Made by a program: the position numbers and the translations under genes. Below, piece after piece: positions 52,156 through 64,000 of a stretch of 64,000 nt of DNA. The notes beneath the pieces were generated by a model, which saw only the letters and a program-made list of their open reading frames with translations, ran no database searches and was not told the DNA's origin. Origin of the DNA: Anthoceros angustus (Eukaryota > Plantae > Anthocerotophyta); NCBI GenBank assembly GCA_010909165.1, contig VJWM01000019.1:1-64000 (forward strand), read 5' to 3'. Every line of letters begins with the position of its first letter. The first letter of the stretch is position 1.

Positions 52156-55100
52156 AGTACACCGACCAAGACTTAAGTAATGAAGAAGATATTGATGAAG
52201 AATTAAATGATGGAGAAGATTGTGACAAAGACTTTAAGTAATGAAGAAGATTTTGAGGAAGACTTTAGTGATTGAAAGAGATTCGATGAAGACTCAAGTA
52301 ATTAAGGAGACACTCACGAATTCATGATGAAGTCAAGGTCGAGTATGAAGCATTGTACAATGAATGATAAAATATTGATCTAAGGAATATGTACGAGGTA
52401 TGCATAAGGACAAGAACAAAAGTTTGACCGTTTATAGCTTTTGCGATGGAGTTGGCCACGCGCACATGTATGGCTCTTTGTCCTTACTTACTTGGCCCTG
52501 TGGAGTTCCGGTGAACCCTAAGCCCACGAAGGGGGTAGGAGCTACAAACAAGAATTTCAAGGGCTCCTCATGAGCGGATGGAAGAAATTATTCATGAGCA
52601 TGGATGGCATGCTCAGTATGGAGGCTAGGGTGGCAAGCTTGTGAGTTCAACCTATCCCACTTGCGTTGTGTATGGACACCGCCTACTTCGTACATTCCCT
52701 TCACTGGCTGCCTTTTTTTGCTTCCTACAGGAAAGCCCTTTGAAACAGGTCACTGATCTCCAGATAAATTGTCGTCACGCTTTAGAATTTGCAACCGAGC
52801 CCATGATGGGGTGTGTTCTGACGATCCTCTTGTACCTCACTTGCTTTCCCTCTTTCAGTACAACGTTTCCAAAACCTAACACCTTGATTGTCCTTGGCAG
52901 TGTGCTCCCCCGAGCAAAGAAAAGGAGGAGGGGAATAGCGCTAGCTGCCTGAGCTGCAAAGGTCTTCTCGACAGCCCATCTCACCTCCTCCATGCTCGTA
53001 TGCGATGCTCAATCGGATGTAGGAATTCAAAATATAGGAATCCGGACGACGCATCCGGGTGATGTCACGCAAGTTACTTTGTGATAGCTAGATTGATGAT
53101 GGTAGACATAGTTACTATTTGGAACCTCACTTGGAGGCTACAATAGAGGGATGGTGGATTGCTCCATATGCGACAATCGAAATGATGTGTTGAGACATGT
53201 GTAAGAGCATGGTTAATTAGTTTTAATTGTACGACAAATGACATGATAGGTTGAGACATGTACAAGAGCATGCACAATTTGGATAAATGACATGATATGT
53301 TGAGACATGTATAAGAGCATGCCTAATTTGTTTTAATTATATGATAAATGTATATTTTTCCCCAAGAGGAATGGAAAACCTATAACAACGATACAATACA
53401 AAGAATCAAGAGTGTTCTACAAAGAATCAAGAGTGTTTTCCGTTGGTACGGTCTAGGTGTCACTTTCTCCCCAAGAGGAATGGAAAACCTATAACAACGA
53501 TACAATACAAAGAATCAAGAGTGTTCTTGTTGGTACGGTCTAGGTGTCACGTTAAGATAAAAGATCACAAGATCGAGGCCACTGAGCTCGAAATTGCATG
53601 CTACTTGGTTCTTGCGAGTCACGGTGTCGACTTCAAGCAATACCATGCCATAGTGAGGAAGATGATAAAAGACCACAAAGATCGACGAAATGATGATGAT
53701 GTCGTGTCACGCGTGCATATGACCTCGAAAGCAAGTACCACGCCTCGGTGAGGGTTAGAGCCTCACCATGCTTGTAAGATGTCTTGGAGCAAAACGTGTT
53801 GAAGTAGGACACGGAGAGAAGACGAAGATGAAGTCATTGTCGGATAATGAATGACAACATACACGTACTAGTCGTATGAAAATATTAGGATTACATTGCA
53901 TATACTTAAAGAGAGAGCTTAATATAAGCGCCTTAATTGAGCCTACTTGGAGATCATAGCTCTTTAATTGAGCCTACTTGGAGATCATAGCTCTTTAATT
54001 GAGTTTACCCGGAGATAGATTAGGAAGGATGTCATTCCAAGTGAGGGTCATTATGTTGTAAGATTAAGAAAAATTGGACCCAAGTGAAGATTATTGCATT
54101 AGAAAGTTAAATTGTTGTAAGTAGCTACTATTCTAAATTTGGAGCATAGTGTAATAGTAGTATTCTAAGCATAATAATAACATAAAATGAACAATACTAT
54201 AGTTAGCTCATGGCCCTTTATAAAGGTTTAGCGGCCTAGAATTCATAAGAAACACTGTACTATAGTTAGCTCATGGCCCTTTATAAAGGTTTGGCGGCCT
54301 AGTATTCAAAAGTTCTATGCGTTAGCTCATGTGTTTCGTTCTTCACTTGTGGTGTAAAGTATATCTCAACATCAAGATATTATATGTTTTGTGTCCTATA
54401 TATTTTTCCCAAGAGGGAATGGAAAACCTATAACAACGATACAATACAAAGAATCAAGAGTGTTCTACAAAGAATCAAGAGTGTTTTCCGTTGGTACGGT
54501 CTAGGTGTCACTTTCTCCCCAAGAGGGAATGGAAAACCTATAACAACGATACAATACAAAGAATCAAGAGTGTTCTTGTTGGTACGGTCTAGGTGTCACG
54601 TTAAGATAAAAGATCACAAGATCGAGGCCACTGAGCTCGAAATTGCATGCTACTTGGTTCTTGCGAGTCACGGTGTCGACTTCAAGCAATACCATGCCAT
54701 AGTGAGGAAGATGATAAAAGACCACAAAGATCGGCGAAATGATGATGTCGTGTCACCGCGCATATGACCTCGGCGGTACCACGCCTCGGTGAGGGTTAGA
54801 GCCTCACCATGCTTGTAAGATGTCTTGGAGCAAAACGTGTTGAAGTAGGACCGGAGAGAAGACGAAGATGAAGTCATTGTCGGATAATGAATGACAACAT
54901 ACACGCATTAGTCGTATGAAAATATTAGGATTACATTGCATATACTTAAAGAGAGAGCTTAATATAAGCGTCTTAATTGAGCCTACTTGGAGATCATAGC
55001 TCTTTAATTGAGCTTGGTCGGTAGCTTACTCGAGATAGATTAGGAAGGATGTCATTCCAAGTGAGGGTCATTATGTTGTAAGATTAAGAAAAATTGGACC

Positions 55101-55697
55101 CAAGTGAAGATTATTGCATTAGAAAGTTAAATTGTTGTAAGTAGCTACTATTCTAAATTTGGAGCATAGTGTAATAGTAGTATTCTAAGCATAATAATAA
55201 CATAAAATGAACAATACTATAGTTAGCTCATGGCCCTTTATAAAGGTTTAGCGGCCTAGAATTCATAAGAAACACTGTACTATAGTTAGCTCATGGCCCT
55301 TTATAAAGGTTTGGCGGCCTAGTATTCAAAAGTTCTATGCGTTAGCTCATGTGTTTCGTTCTTCACTTGTGGTGTAAAGTATATCTCAACATCAAGATAT
55401 TATATGTTTTGTGTCCTATATATTTTGCTACGTGTCGACTTTATGTGTTTCGTTCCACACTTGTCGCATAAAGCATATCTCAACAACGTATGAAAAGATT
55501 ATAATTGCATCACCTATATTTGAAGATATACATGTATTAGCTCTTCAATTGAGCCTACTTGGAGATCATAGCTCTTTAATTGAGTTTACCCAGATAGTAG
55601 GTCCTCCATTAAAGATTCTTCTCTAGCTTATTAATAAGCTTTCAATACCAATATATTGGACTTGTTATATTGGTACTTGTGGAGGAACAATTCACGA

Positions 55698-56996
55698 ATG
55701 AAGATAACAAACTCATCAACTCGAGAGTTCGGAAGAGGATACAATATCCGTTCTCCACACTCGATTCCAAAACCAATCACATACTCGAAGATGGCCAGAG
55801 TGGTCCTTTACGTGCACCTCAATGTCTTCCAGACGATTTCCCCCTTCCAACAGTTGAAGCAAAAGAGTCAGGATATGGGTGGCCATATGCACCCATGCCT
55901 TGGCCGGGTCCAAACGACATGTGGATGTGGAAAGTTTCTGGTAAGCCTCAAAAACGTGATCCATATTGGGCGAGTAGATCTTTGACTGCTCCACTAGCGT
56001 TTTGCAAGAATAGCGAAAAGAGCAAGACCTTTAAGAGCAAGGAAAGCATTCGCAGATATATGAAAGAAAATTATCCAGAATTAGATGTGGATGATTTTTT
56101 CTTATCTTTTCAATGGAAAGTGCCTATCAAAATTGAAGTTGACGACTCTATTGATCGGAGAGAAGACAAAGATAAAGTCGACATCGAATACAAAGCATCA
56201 TCAAGACTTACTTTGTGTGGACTCACTTAATGAATCGACATCGGCGACTTTGGAAAAGTCATATGTACAAAGAAGGAAGAGGAAGACTCGATGACGCAGA
56301 TGCGGATTTGAAGCGTTTTGTGCAAAGTTCATGTCAACATCCTCATCTTTGAAGAGGTCGCTCACAGAGTCCAACCACGGTAATGATTTTGAGAGCAAGA
56401 AAACCGAAAAACCTAGACAATTTGCAAAGAAACCTCTTGTAGAGCCATCGCCTTCCCAAGAAGGTAGCTTGCCTCAAGCAAGTCTTGTGCGGGTGGATAC
56501 GGTGGTGAAGCCGCCATCTTACCTTCTCCGCCTATTTCAAGGAGGCTCATGGCGAGCCTGTGACCGTGGTCTCTGGAGCCGCTTAAAAGAAATGTTTTGG
56601 GCTTGGTATGGTCGGGAGAGAATATGTTTGAAGACAGGCATGGAAACAACAGAGGATGCCTACATCAAAAACATTTGGACTGCCAGAGAGACTATGAAGT
56701 GGTGTGCAAACAATGGATACGAGGAACCAAAGGCGCCTAGCTTGGAGGAAGCATCTAGATGCGTGAAGATGTTGGTGAGAAAATCTTCAATCAATGACAT
56801 AGATTATAATCCTGAGGTGGAAGTAGATGAGGACGCAATTACTGAAGACGTGGATAATGATGTACATGAAGAACACGAACAATCGGATAATGGCTTTAGT
56901 AATGGAGAAAATGTAGGTATTAAGGCTGATGAGCAATTGGAGGAAGACTTAAATATCCAAGAGGGTTTTCAAATTCATGGAAGACTTAAATTATGA
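55698..56996 (+). CDS. Array gene copy 8 (complete N-terminal domain in one frame, ~55831-56125)
   Basis: ORF 55670..56230 gives the whole DUF7081-like domain. ORF 56331..56996 gives WYGRERICLKTGME...IKN...WCANNG plus the acidic tail. Confidence 0.8.
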
Positions 56997-57160
56997 AGTA
57001 CACCGGACCAAGACTTAAGTAATGAAGAAGATATTGATGAAGAATTAAATGATGGAGAAGATTGTGACAAAGACTTTAAGTAATGAAGAAGATTTTGAGG
57101 AAGACTTTAGTGATTGAAAGAGATTCGATGAAGACTCAAGTAATTAAGGAGACACTCACG
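56860..57160 (+). repeat. 30-bp coding minisatellite (acidic decapeptides, e.g. DQDLSNEEDI/DEELNDGEDC/DKDLSNEEDF), present in every unit
   Basis: GAAGAC(T)TTAAGTAATGAAGAAGAT-type motifs recur at ~30-bp spacing. Coordinates are given for copy 8. Confidence 0.85.
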
Positions 57161-59463
57161 AATTCATGATGAAGTCAAGGTCAGTATGAAGCATTGTACA
57201 ATGAATGATAAAATATTGATCTAAGGAATATGTACGAGGTATGCATAAGGACAAGAACAAAAGTTTGACCGTTTATAGCTTTTGCGATGGAGTTGGCCAC
57301 GCACATGTATGGCTCTTTGTCCTTACTTACTTGGCCTGCGGAGTTCGGTGAACCCTAAGCCCACGAAGGGGTAGGAGCTACAAACAAGAATTGCAAGGGC
57401 TCCTCATGAGCGGATGGAAGAAATTATTCATGAGCATGGATGGCATGCTCGATGGAGGCTAGGGTGGCAAGCTTGTGAGTTCAACCTATCCCACTTGCGT
57501 TGTGTATGGACACCGCCTACTGACATTCCCTTCATTGGCTGCCTTTTTGCTTCCTGAAAGCCCTTTGAAACAGTCACCGATCTCCGGATAAATTGTCGCC
57601 ACGCTTTAGAATTGCAACCGAGCCCATGATGGGGTGTGTTCGACGATCCTCTTGTACCTCACTTGCTTTCCCTCTTTCATTACCACGCTTCCAAAACCTA
57701 ACACCTTGATTGTCCTTGGCGGTGCTCCCCAAAGAAAGAAAAGGAGGAGGAATAGCGCTAGCTGCAAAGGTCTTCTCGACAGCCCATCTCACCTCCTCCA
57801 TGCTCGTATGCGATGCTCAATCGATGTAGGAATTCAAAATATAGGAATCCGGACGACGATCCGGGTGATGTCACCGCAAGTTACTTTGTGATAGCTAGAT
57901 TGATGATGGTAGACATAGTTACTATTTGGAACCTCACTTGGAGGCTACAATAGAGGGATGGTGGATTGCTCCATATGCAGACAATCGAAATGATGTGTTG
58001 AGACATGTGTAAGAGCATGGTTAATTAGTTTTAATTGTCGACAAATGACATGATAGGTTGAGACATGTACAAGAGCATGCACAATTTGGATAAATGACAT
58101 GATATGTTGAGACATGTATAAGAGCATGCCTAATTTGTTTTAATTATACGATAAATGTATATTTTTCCCCAAGAGGGAATGGAAAACCTATAACAACGAT
58201 ACAATACAAAGAATCAAGAGTGTTCTACAAAGAATCAAGAGTGTTTTCCGTTGGTACGGTCTAGGTGTCACTTTCTCCCCAAGAGGGAATGGAAAACCTA
58301 TAACAACGATACAATACAAAGAATCAAGAGTGTTCTTGTTGGTACGGTCTAGGTGTCACGTTAAGATAAAGATCACAAGATCGAGGCCACTGAGCTCGAA
58401 ATTGCATGCTACTTGGTTCTTGCGAGTCACGGTGCGACTTCAAGCAATACCATGCCATAGTGAGGAAGATGATAAAAGACCACAAAGATCGAAATGATGA
58501 TGATGTCGTGTCACCGCGCATATGACCTCGAGCGTACCACGCCTCGGTGAGGGTTAGAGCCTCACCATGCTTGTAAGATGTCTTGGAGCAAAACGTGTTG
58601 AAGTAGGACATCGGAGAGAAGACGAAGATGAAGTCATTGTCGGATAATGAATGATGACAACATACACGTACTAGTCGTATGAAAATATTAGGATTACATT
58701 GCATATACTTAAAGAGAGAGCTTAATATAAGCGTCTTAATTGAGCCTACTTGGAGATCATAGCTCTTTAATTGAGCTTGGTCGATACGGTAGCTTACTCG
58801 AGATAGATTAGGAAGGATGTCATTCCAAGTGAGGGTCATTATGTTGTAAGATTAAGAAAAATTGGACCCAAGTGAAGATTATTGCATTAGAAAGTTAAAT
58901 TGTTGTAAGTAGCTACTATTCTAAATTTGGAGCATAGTGTAATAGTAGTATTCTAAGCATAATAATAACATAAAATGAACAATACTATAGTTAGCTCATG
59001 GCCCTTTATAAAGGTTTAGCGGCCTAGAATTCATAAGAAACACTGTACTATAGTTAGCTCATGGCCCTTTATAAAGGTTTGGCGGCCTAGTATTCAAAAG
59101 TTCTATGCGTTAGCTCATGTGTTTCGTTCTTCACTTGTGGTGTAAAGTATATCTCAACATCAAGATATTATATGTTTTGTGTCCTATATATTTTGCTACG
59201 TGTCGACTTTATGTGTTTCGTTCCACACTTGTCGATAAAGCATATCTCAACAACGTATGAAAAGATTATAATTGCATCACCTATATTTGAAGATATACAT
59301 GTATTAGCTCTTCAATTGAGCCTACTTGGAGATCATAGCTCTTTAATTGAGTTTACCCAGATAGTAGGTCCTCCATTAAAGATTCTTCTAGCTTATTAAT
59401 AAGCTTTCAATACCAATATATTGGACTTGTTATATTGGTACTTGTGGAGTGAACAATTCACGA

Positions 59464-60758
59464 ATGAAGATAACAAACTCATCAACTTCGAGAGTTCGGA
59501 AGAGGATACAATATCCGGTTCTCCACACTCATTCCAAAACCAATCACATACTCGAAGATGGCGAGTGGTCCTTTACGCACCTCAATGTCTTCCGACGATT
59601 TCCCCTTCCAACAGCTTGAAGCAAAAGAGTCGGGATATGGGTGGTCAGATGCACCCATGCCTTGGCCGGGTCCAAACGACATGTGGATGTGGAAAAGTTT
59701 CGTAAGCCTCAAAAACGTGATCCATATTGGGCGAGTAGATCTTTGACGCTCCACTAGCGTTTTGCAAGAATAGCGAAGGAGCAAGACCTTTAAGAGCAAG
59801 GAAGCATTCGCAGATATATGAAAAGAAAAATTATCCGAATTAGATGTGGATGATTTTTCTTATCTTTCAATGGAAAGTGCCTATCAAAATTGAAGTTGAC
59901 GACTCTATTGATAATCGGAGAGAAGACAAAGATAAAGTCGACATCGAATACAAAGCATCATCAAGACTTACTTTGTGTGGACTCACTTCTTAATGAATCG
60001 ACATCGGCGACTTTGGAAAAGTCATATGTACAAGGAAGAGGAAGAGGAAGACTCGATGACGCAGATGCGGATTTGAAGCGTTTTCAGTGCAAAGTTCATG
60101 TCAACATCCTCATCTTTGAAGAGGTCGCTCACGAGTCCAACCACGGTAATGATTTTGAGAGCAAGAAAACCGAAAAACCTAGACAATTTGCAAAGAAACC
60201 TCTTGTAGAGCCATCGCCTTCCCAAGAAGGTAGCTTGCCTCAAGCAAGTCTTGTGCGGGTGGATACGGTGGTGAAGCCGCCATCTTACCTTCTCGCCTAT
60301 TTCAAGGAGGCTCATGGCGAGCCTGTGACCGTGGTCTCTGGAGCCGTTGCGAAAAGAAATGTTTTGGGCTTGGTATGGTCTTTGGGAGAGAATATGTTTG
60401 AAGACAGGCATGGAAATAAGAGGATGCCTACATCAAAAACATTTGGACTGCCAGAGACTATGAAGTGGTGTGCAAACAATGGATACGAGGAACCAAAGGC
60501 GCCTAGCTTGGAGGAAGCATCTAGATGCGTGAAGATGTTGGTGAGAAAATCTTCAATCAATGACATAGATTATAATCGAGGTGGAAGTAGATGAGGACGC
60601 AATATCAAGACGTGGATGATGATGTACATGAAGAACACGAACAATCGGATAAAGACTTTAGTAATGGAGAAAATGTAGGTATTAAGACCGATGAGCAATT
60701 GGAGGAAGACTTAAATATCAAAGAGGGTTTTCACATTCATGGAAGACTTAAATTATGA
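59464..60758 (+). CDS. Array gene copy 9
   Basis: ORF pieces 59421..59705 and 59890..60594. Confidence 0.7.
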
Positions 60759-62548
60759 AGTACACCGGACCAAGACTTAAGTAATGAAGAAGATATTGAT
60801 GAAGAATTAAATGATGGAGAAGATTGTGACAAAGACTTTAAGTAATGAAGAAGATTTTGAGGAAGACTTTAGTGATTGAAAGAGATTCGGATGAAGACTC
60901 AAGTAATTAAGGAGACACTCACGAATTCATGATGAAGTCAAGGTCGAGTATGAAGCATTGTACAATGAATGATAAAATATTGATCTAAGGAATATGTACG
61001 AGGTATGCATAAGGACAAGAACAAAAGTTTGACCGTTTATAGCTTTTGCGATGGAGTTGGCCACGCGCACATGTATGGCTCTTTGTCCTTACTTACTTGG
61101 CCTGGAGTTCCGGTGAACCCTAAGCCCACGAAGGGGTAGGAGCTACAAACAAGAATTGCAAGGGCTCCTCATGAGCGGATGGAAGAAATTATTCATGAGC
61201 ATGGATGGCATGCTCGATGGAGGCTAGGGTGGCAAGCTTGTGAGTTCAACCTATCCCACTTGCGTTGTGTATGGACACCGCCTACTGTACATTCCCTTCA
61301 TCGGCTGCCTTTTTGCTTCCTACAGAAAGCCCTTTGAAACAGTCACCGATCTCCGGATAAATTGTCGTCACGCTTTAGAATTGCAACCGAGCCCATGATG
61401 GGGTGTGTTCGACGATCCTCTTGTACCTCACTTGCTTTCCCTCTTTCATTACCACGCTTCCAAAACCTAACACCTTGATTGTCCTTGGCGTGTGCTCCCC
61501 AAAGAAAGAAAAGGAGGAGGGAATAGCGCTAGCTGAGCTGCAAAGGTCTTCTCGACAGCCCATCTCACCTCCTCCATGCTCGTATGCGATGCTCAATCGA
61601 TGTAGGAATTCAAAATATAGGAATCGGACGACGATCCGGGTGATGTCACCGCAAGTTACTTTGTGATAGCTAGATTGATGATGGTAGACATAGTTACTAT
61701 TTGGAACCTCACTTGGAGGCTACAATAGAGGGATGGTGGATTGCTCCATATGCAGACAATCGAAATGATGTGTTGAGACATGTGTAAGAGCATGGTTAAT
61801 TAGTTTTAATTGTACGACAAATGACATGATATGTTGAGACATGTACAAGAGCATGCACAATTTGGATAAATGACATGATATGTTGAGACATGTATAAGAG
61901 CATGCCTAATTTGTTTTAATTATACGATAAATGTATATTTTTCCCCAAGAGGGAATGGAAAACCTATAACAACGATACAATACAAAGAATCAAGAGTGTT
62001 CTACAAAGAATCAAGAGTGTTTTCCGTTGGTACGGTCTAGGTGTCACTTTCTCCCCAAGAGGGAATGGAAAACCTATAACAACGATACAATACAAAGAAT
62101 CAAGAGTGTTCTTGTTGGTACGGTCTAGGTGTCACGTTAAGATAAAGATCACAAGATCGAGGCCACTGAGCTTGAAAATTGCATGCTACTTGGTTCTTGC
62201 GAGTCACGGTGTCGACTTCAAGCAATACCATGCCATAGTGAGGAAGATGATAAAAGACCACAAAGATCGACGAAATGATGATGATGTCGTGTCACCGCGC
62301 ATATGACCTCGGCAAGACCACGCCTCGGTGAGGGTTAGAGCCTCACCATGCTTGTAAGATGTCTTGGAGCAAAACGTGTTGAAGTAGGACACTGGAGAGA
62401 AGACGAAGATGAAGTCATTGTCGGATAATGAATGACAACATACACGTACTAGTCGTATGAAAATATTAGGATTACATTGCATATACTTAAAGAGAGAGCT
62501 TAATATAAGCGTCTTAATTGAGCCTACTTGGAGATCATAGCTCTTTAA

Positions 62549-62947
62549 TTGAGCTTGGTATGGTCTGGAGAGAATATGTTTGAAGACAGCATGGAAATAA
62601 CAGAGGATGCCTACATCAAAAACATTTGGACCGCCAGAGAGACTATGAAGTGGTGTGCAAACAATGGATACGAGGAACCAAAGGCGCCTAGCTTGGAGGA
62701 AGCATCTAGATGCGTGAAGATGTTGGTGAGAAAATCTTCAATCAATGACATAGATTATAATCCCGAGGTGGAAGTAGATGAGGACGCAATTATCAAGACG
62801 TGGATGATGATGTACATGAAGAACACGAACAATCGGATAAAAGACTTTAGTAATGGAGAAAATGTAGGTATTAAGACCGATGAGCAATTGGAGGAAGACT
62901 TAAATATCAAAGAGGGTTTTCACATTCATGGAAGACTTAAATTATGA
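62549..62947 (+). pseudogene. 3'-part copy of the array gene (5' part deleted at the GCTTGGT junction, ~62553)
   Basis: Spacer sequence TTAATTGAGCTTGGT joins directly to ATGGTC...GAGAATATGTTTG within the U-box region. Confidence 0.75.
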
Positions 62948-64000
62948 AGTACACCGACCAAGACTTAAGTAATGAAGAAGATATTGATGAAGAATTAAAT
63001 GATGGAGAAGATTGTGACAAAGACTTTAAGTAATGAAGAAGATTTTGAGGAAGACTTTAGTGATTGAAAGAGATTCGGATGAAGACTCAAGTAATTAAGG
63101 AGACACTCACGAATTCATGATGAAGTCAAGGTCGAGTATGAAGCATTGTACAATGAATGATAAAATATTGATCTAAGGAATATGTACGAGGTATGCATAA
63201 GGACAAGAACAAAAGTTTGACCGTTTATAGCTTTTGCGATGGAGTTGGCCACGCACATGTATGGCTCTTTGTCCTTACTTACTTGGCCTGGAGTTCCGGT
63301 GAACCCTAAGCCCACGAAGGGGTAGGAGCTACAAACAAGAATTGCAAGGGCTCCTCATGAGCGGATGGAAGAAATTATTCATGAGCATGGATGGCATGCT
63401 CGATGGAGGCTAGGGTGGCAAGCTTGTGAGTTCAACCTATCCCACTTGCGTTGTGTATGGACACCGCCTACTTCAGACATTCCCTTCATTGGCTGCCTTT
63501 TTGCTTCCTACAGAAAGCCCTTTGAAACAGTCACCGATCTCCGGATAAATTGTCGCCACGCTTTAGAATTGCAACCGAGCCCATGATGGGGTGTGTTCGA
63601 CGATCCTCTTGTACCTCACTTGCTTTCCCTCTTTCATTACCACGTTTCCAAAACCTAACACCTTGATTGTCCTTGGCGTGTGCTCCCCAAAGAAAGAAAA
63701 GGAGGAGGGAATAGCGCTGAGCTGCAAAGGTCTTCTCGACAGCCCATCTCACCTCCTCCATGCTCGTATGCGATGCTCAATCGATGTAGGAATTCAAAAT
63801 ATAGGAATCCGGACGACGATCCGGGTGATGTCACCGCAAGTTACTTTGTGATAGCTAGATTGATGATGGTAGACATAGTTACTATTTGGAACCTCACTTG
63901 GAGGCTACAATAGAGGGATGGTGGATTGCTCCATATGCAGACAATCGAAATGATGTGTTGAGACATGTGTAAGAGCATGGTTAATTAGTTTTAATTGTAC

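Larger units (their letters stand above)
23325..64000 (+). repeat. Head-to-tail macrosatellite, basic unit ~3.70-3.78 kb, running off the window end
   Basis: The marker TTGGACTTGTTATATTGG recurs at 24535, 28237, 31970, 37495, 42176, 47038, 50817, 55656 and 59421. Clean spacings are 3702, 3733, 3779 and 3765 bp. Longer spacings are explained by internal duplications. Confidence 0.98.

Noticed and set aside
23325-64000. Calling all array copies pseudogenes because of frameshifts
   Set aside because: The frameshift positions differ between copies and cluster at CG sites and homopolymers, consistent with sequencing error. Status cannot be decided from this assembly.
23325-64000. Array as rDNA or 5S repeat
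   Set aside because: No rRNA-like sequence was recognised, and the unit contains a protein-coding signature instead.

Overview
Repeat-rich plant nuclear DNA. The PLS-type PPR remnant suggests a seed-free land plant, which is an inference. About two thirds of the window (1-3125 and 23325-64000) is a head-to-tail macrosatellite with a basic unit of about 3.70-3.78 kb. Each unit carries a ~1.3 kb gene. Piecing the frames together across copies gives a ~430-aa protein with three parts: an N-terminal domain resembling the one in plant OBERON-like proteins (DUF7081-type, with an MBD-like KTFKSKESIRRY motif), a clear U-box (CPIS-LM-EPV-SG-YER-W-C-KTG-N-WC-NG), and an acidic 10-aa repeat tail. Nine full-length and several partial copies are present. 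The array is interrupted by a 1.6 kb in-place inversion and a ~20 kb island. The island contains a gypsy-type gag remnant, a diverged single-copy paralogue of the array's N-terminal domain, a LINE 3' remnant, a PPR pseudogene, a ~175-bp satellite, an old unclassified element, and a complete Ty1/copia retrotransposon (14208-21215, TSD GAGAG) nested in that element. Many copy-to-copy indels and chimeric junctions look like long-read assembly artefacts, so frameshifts here are weak evidence of pseudogenisation.
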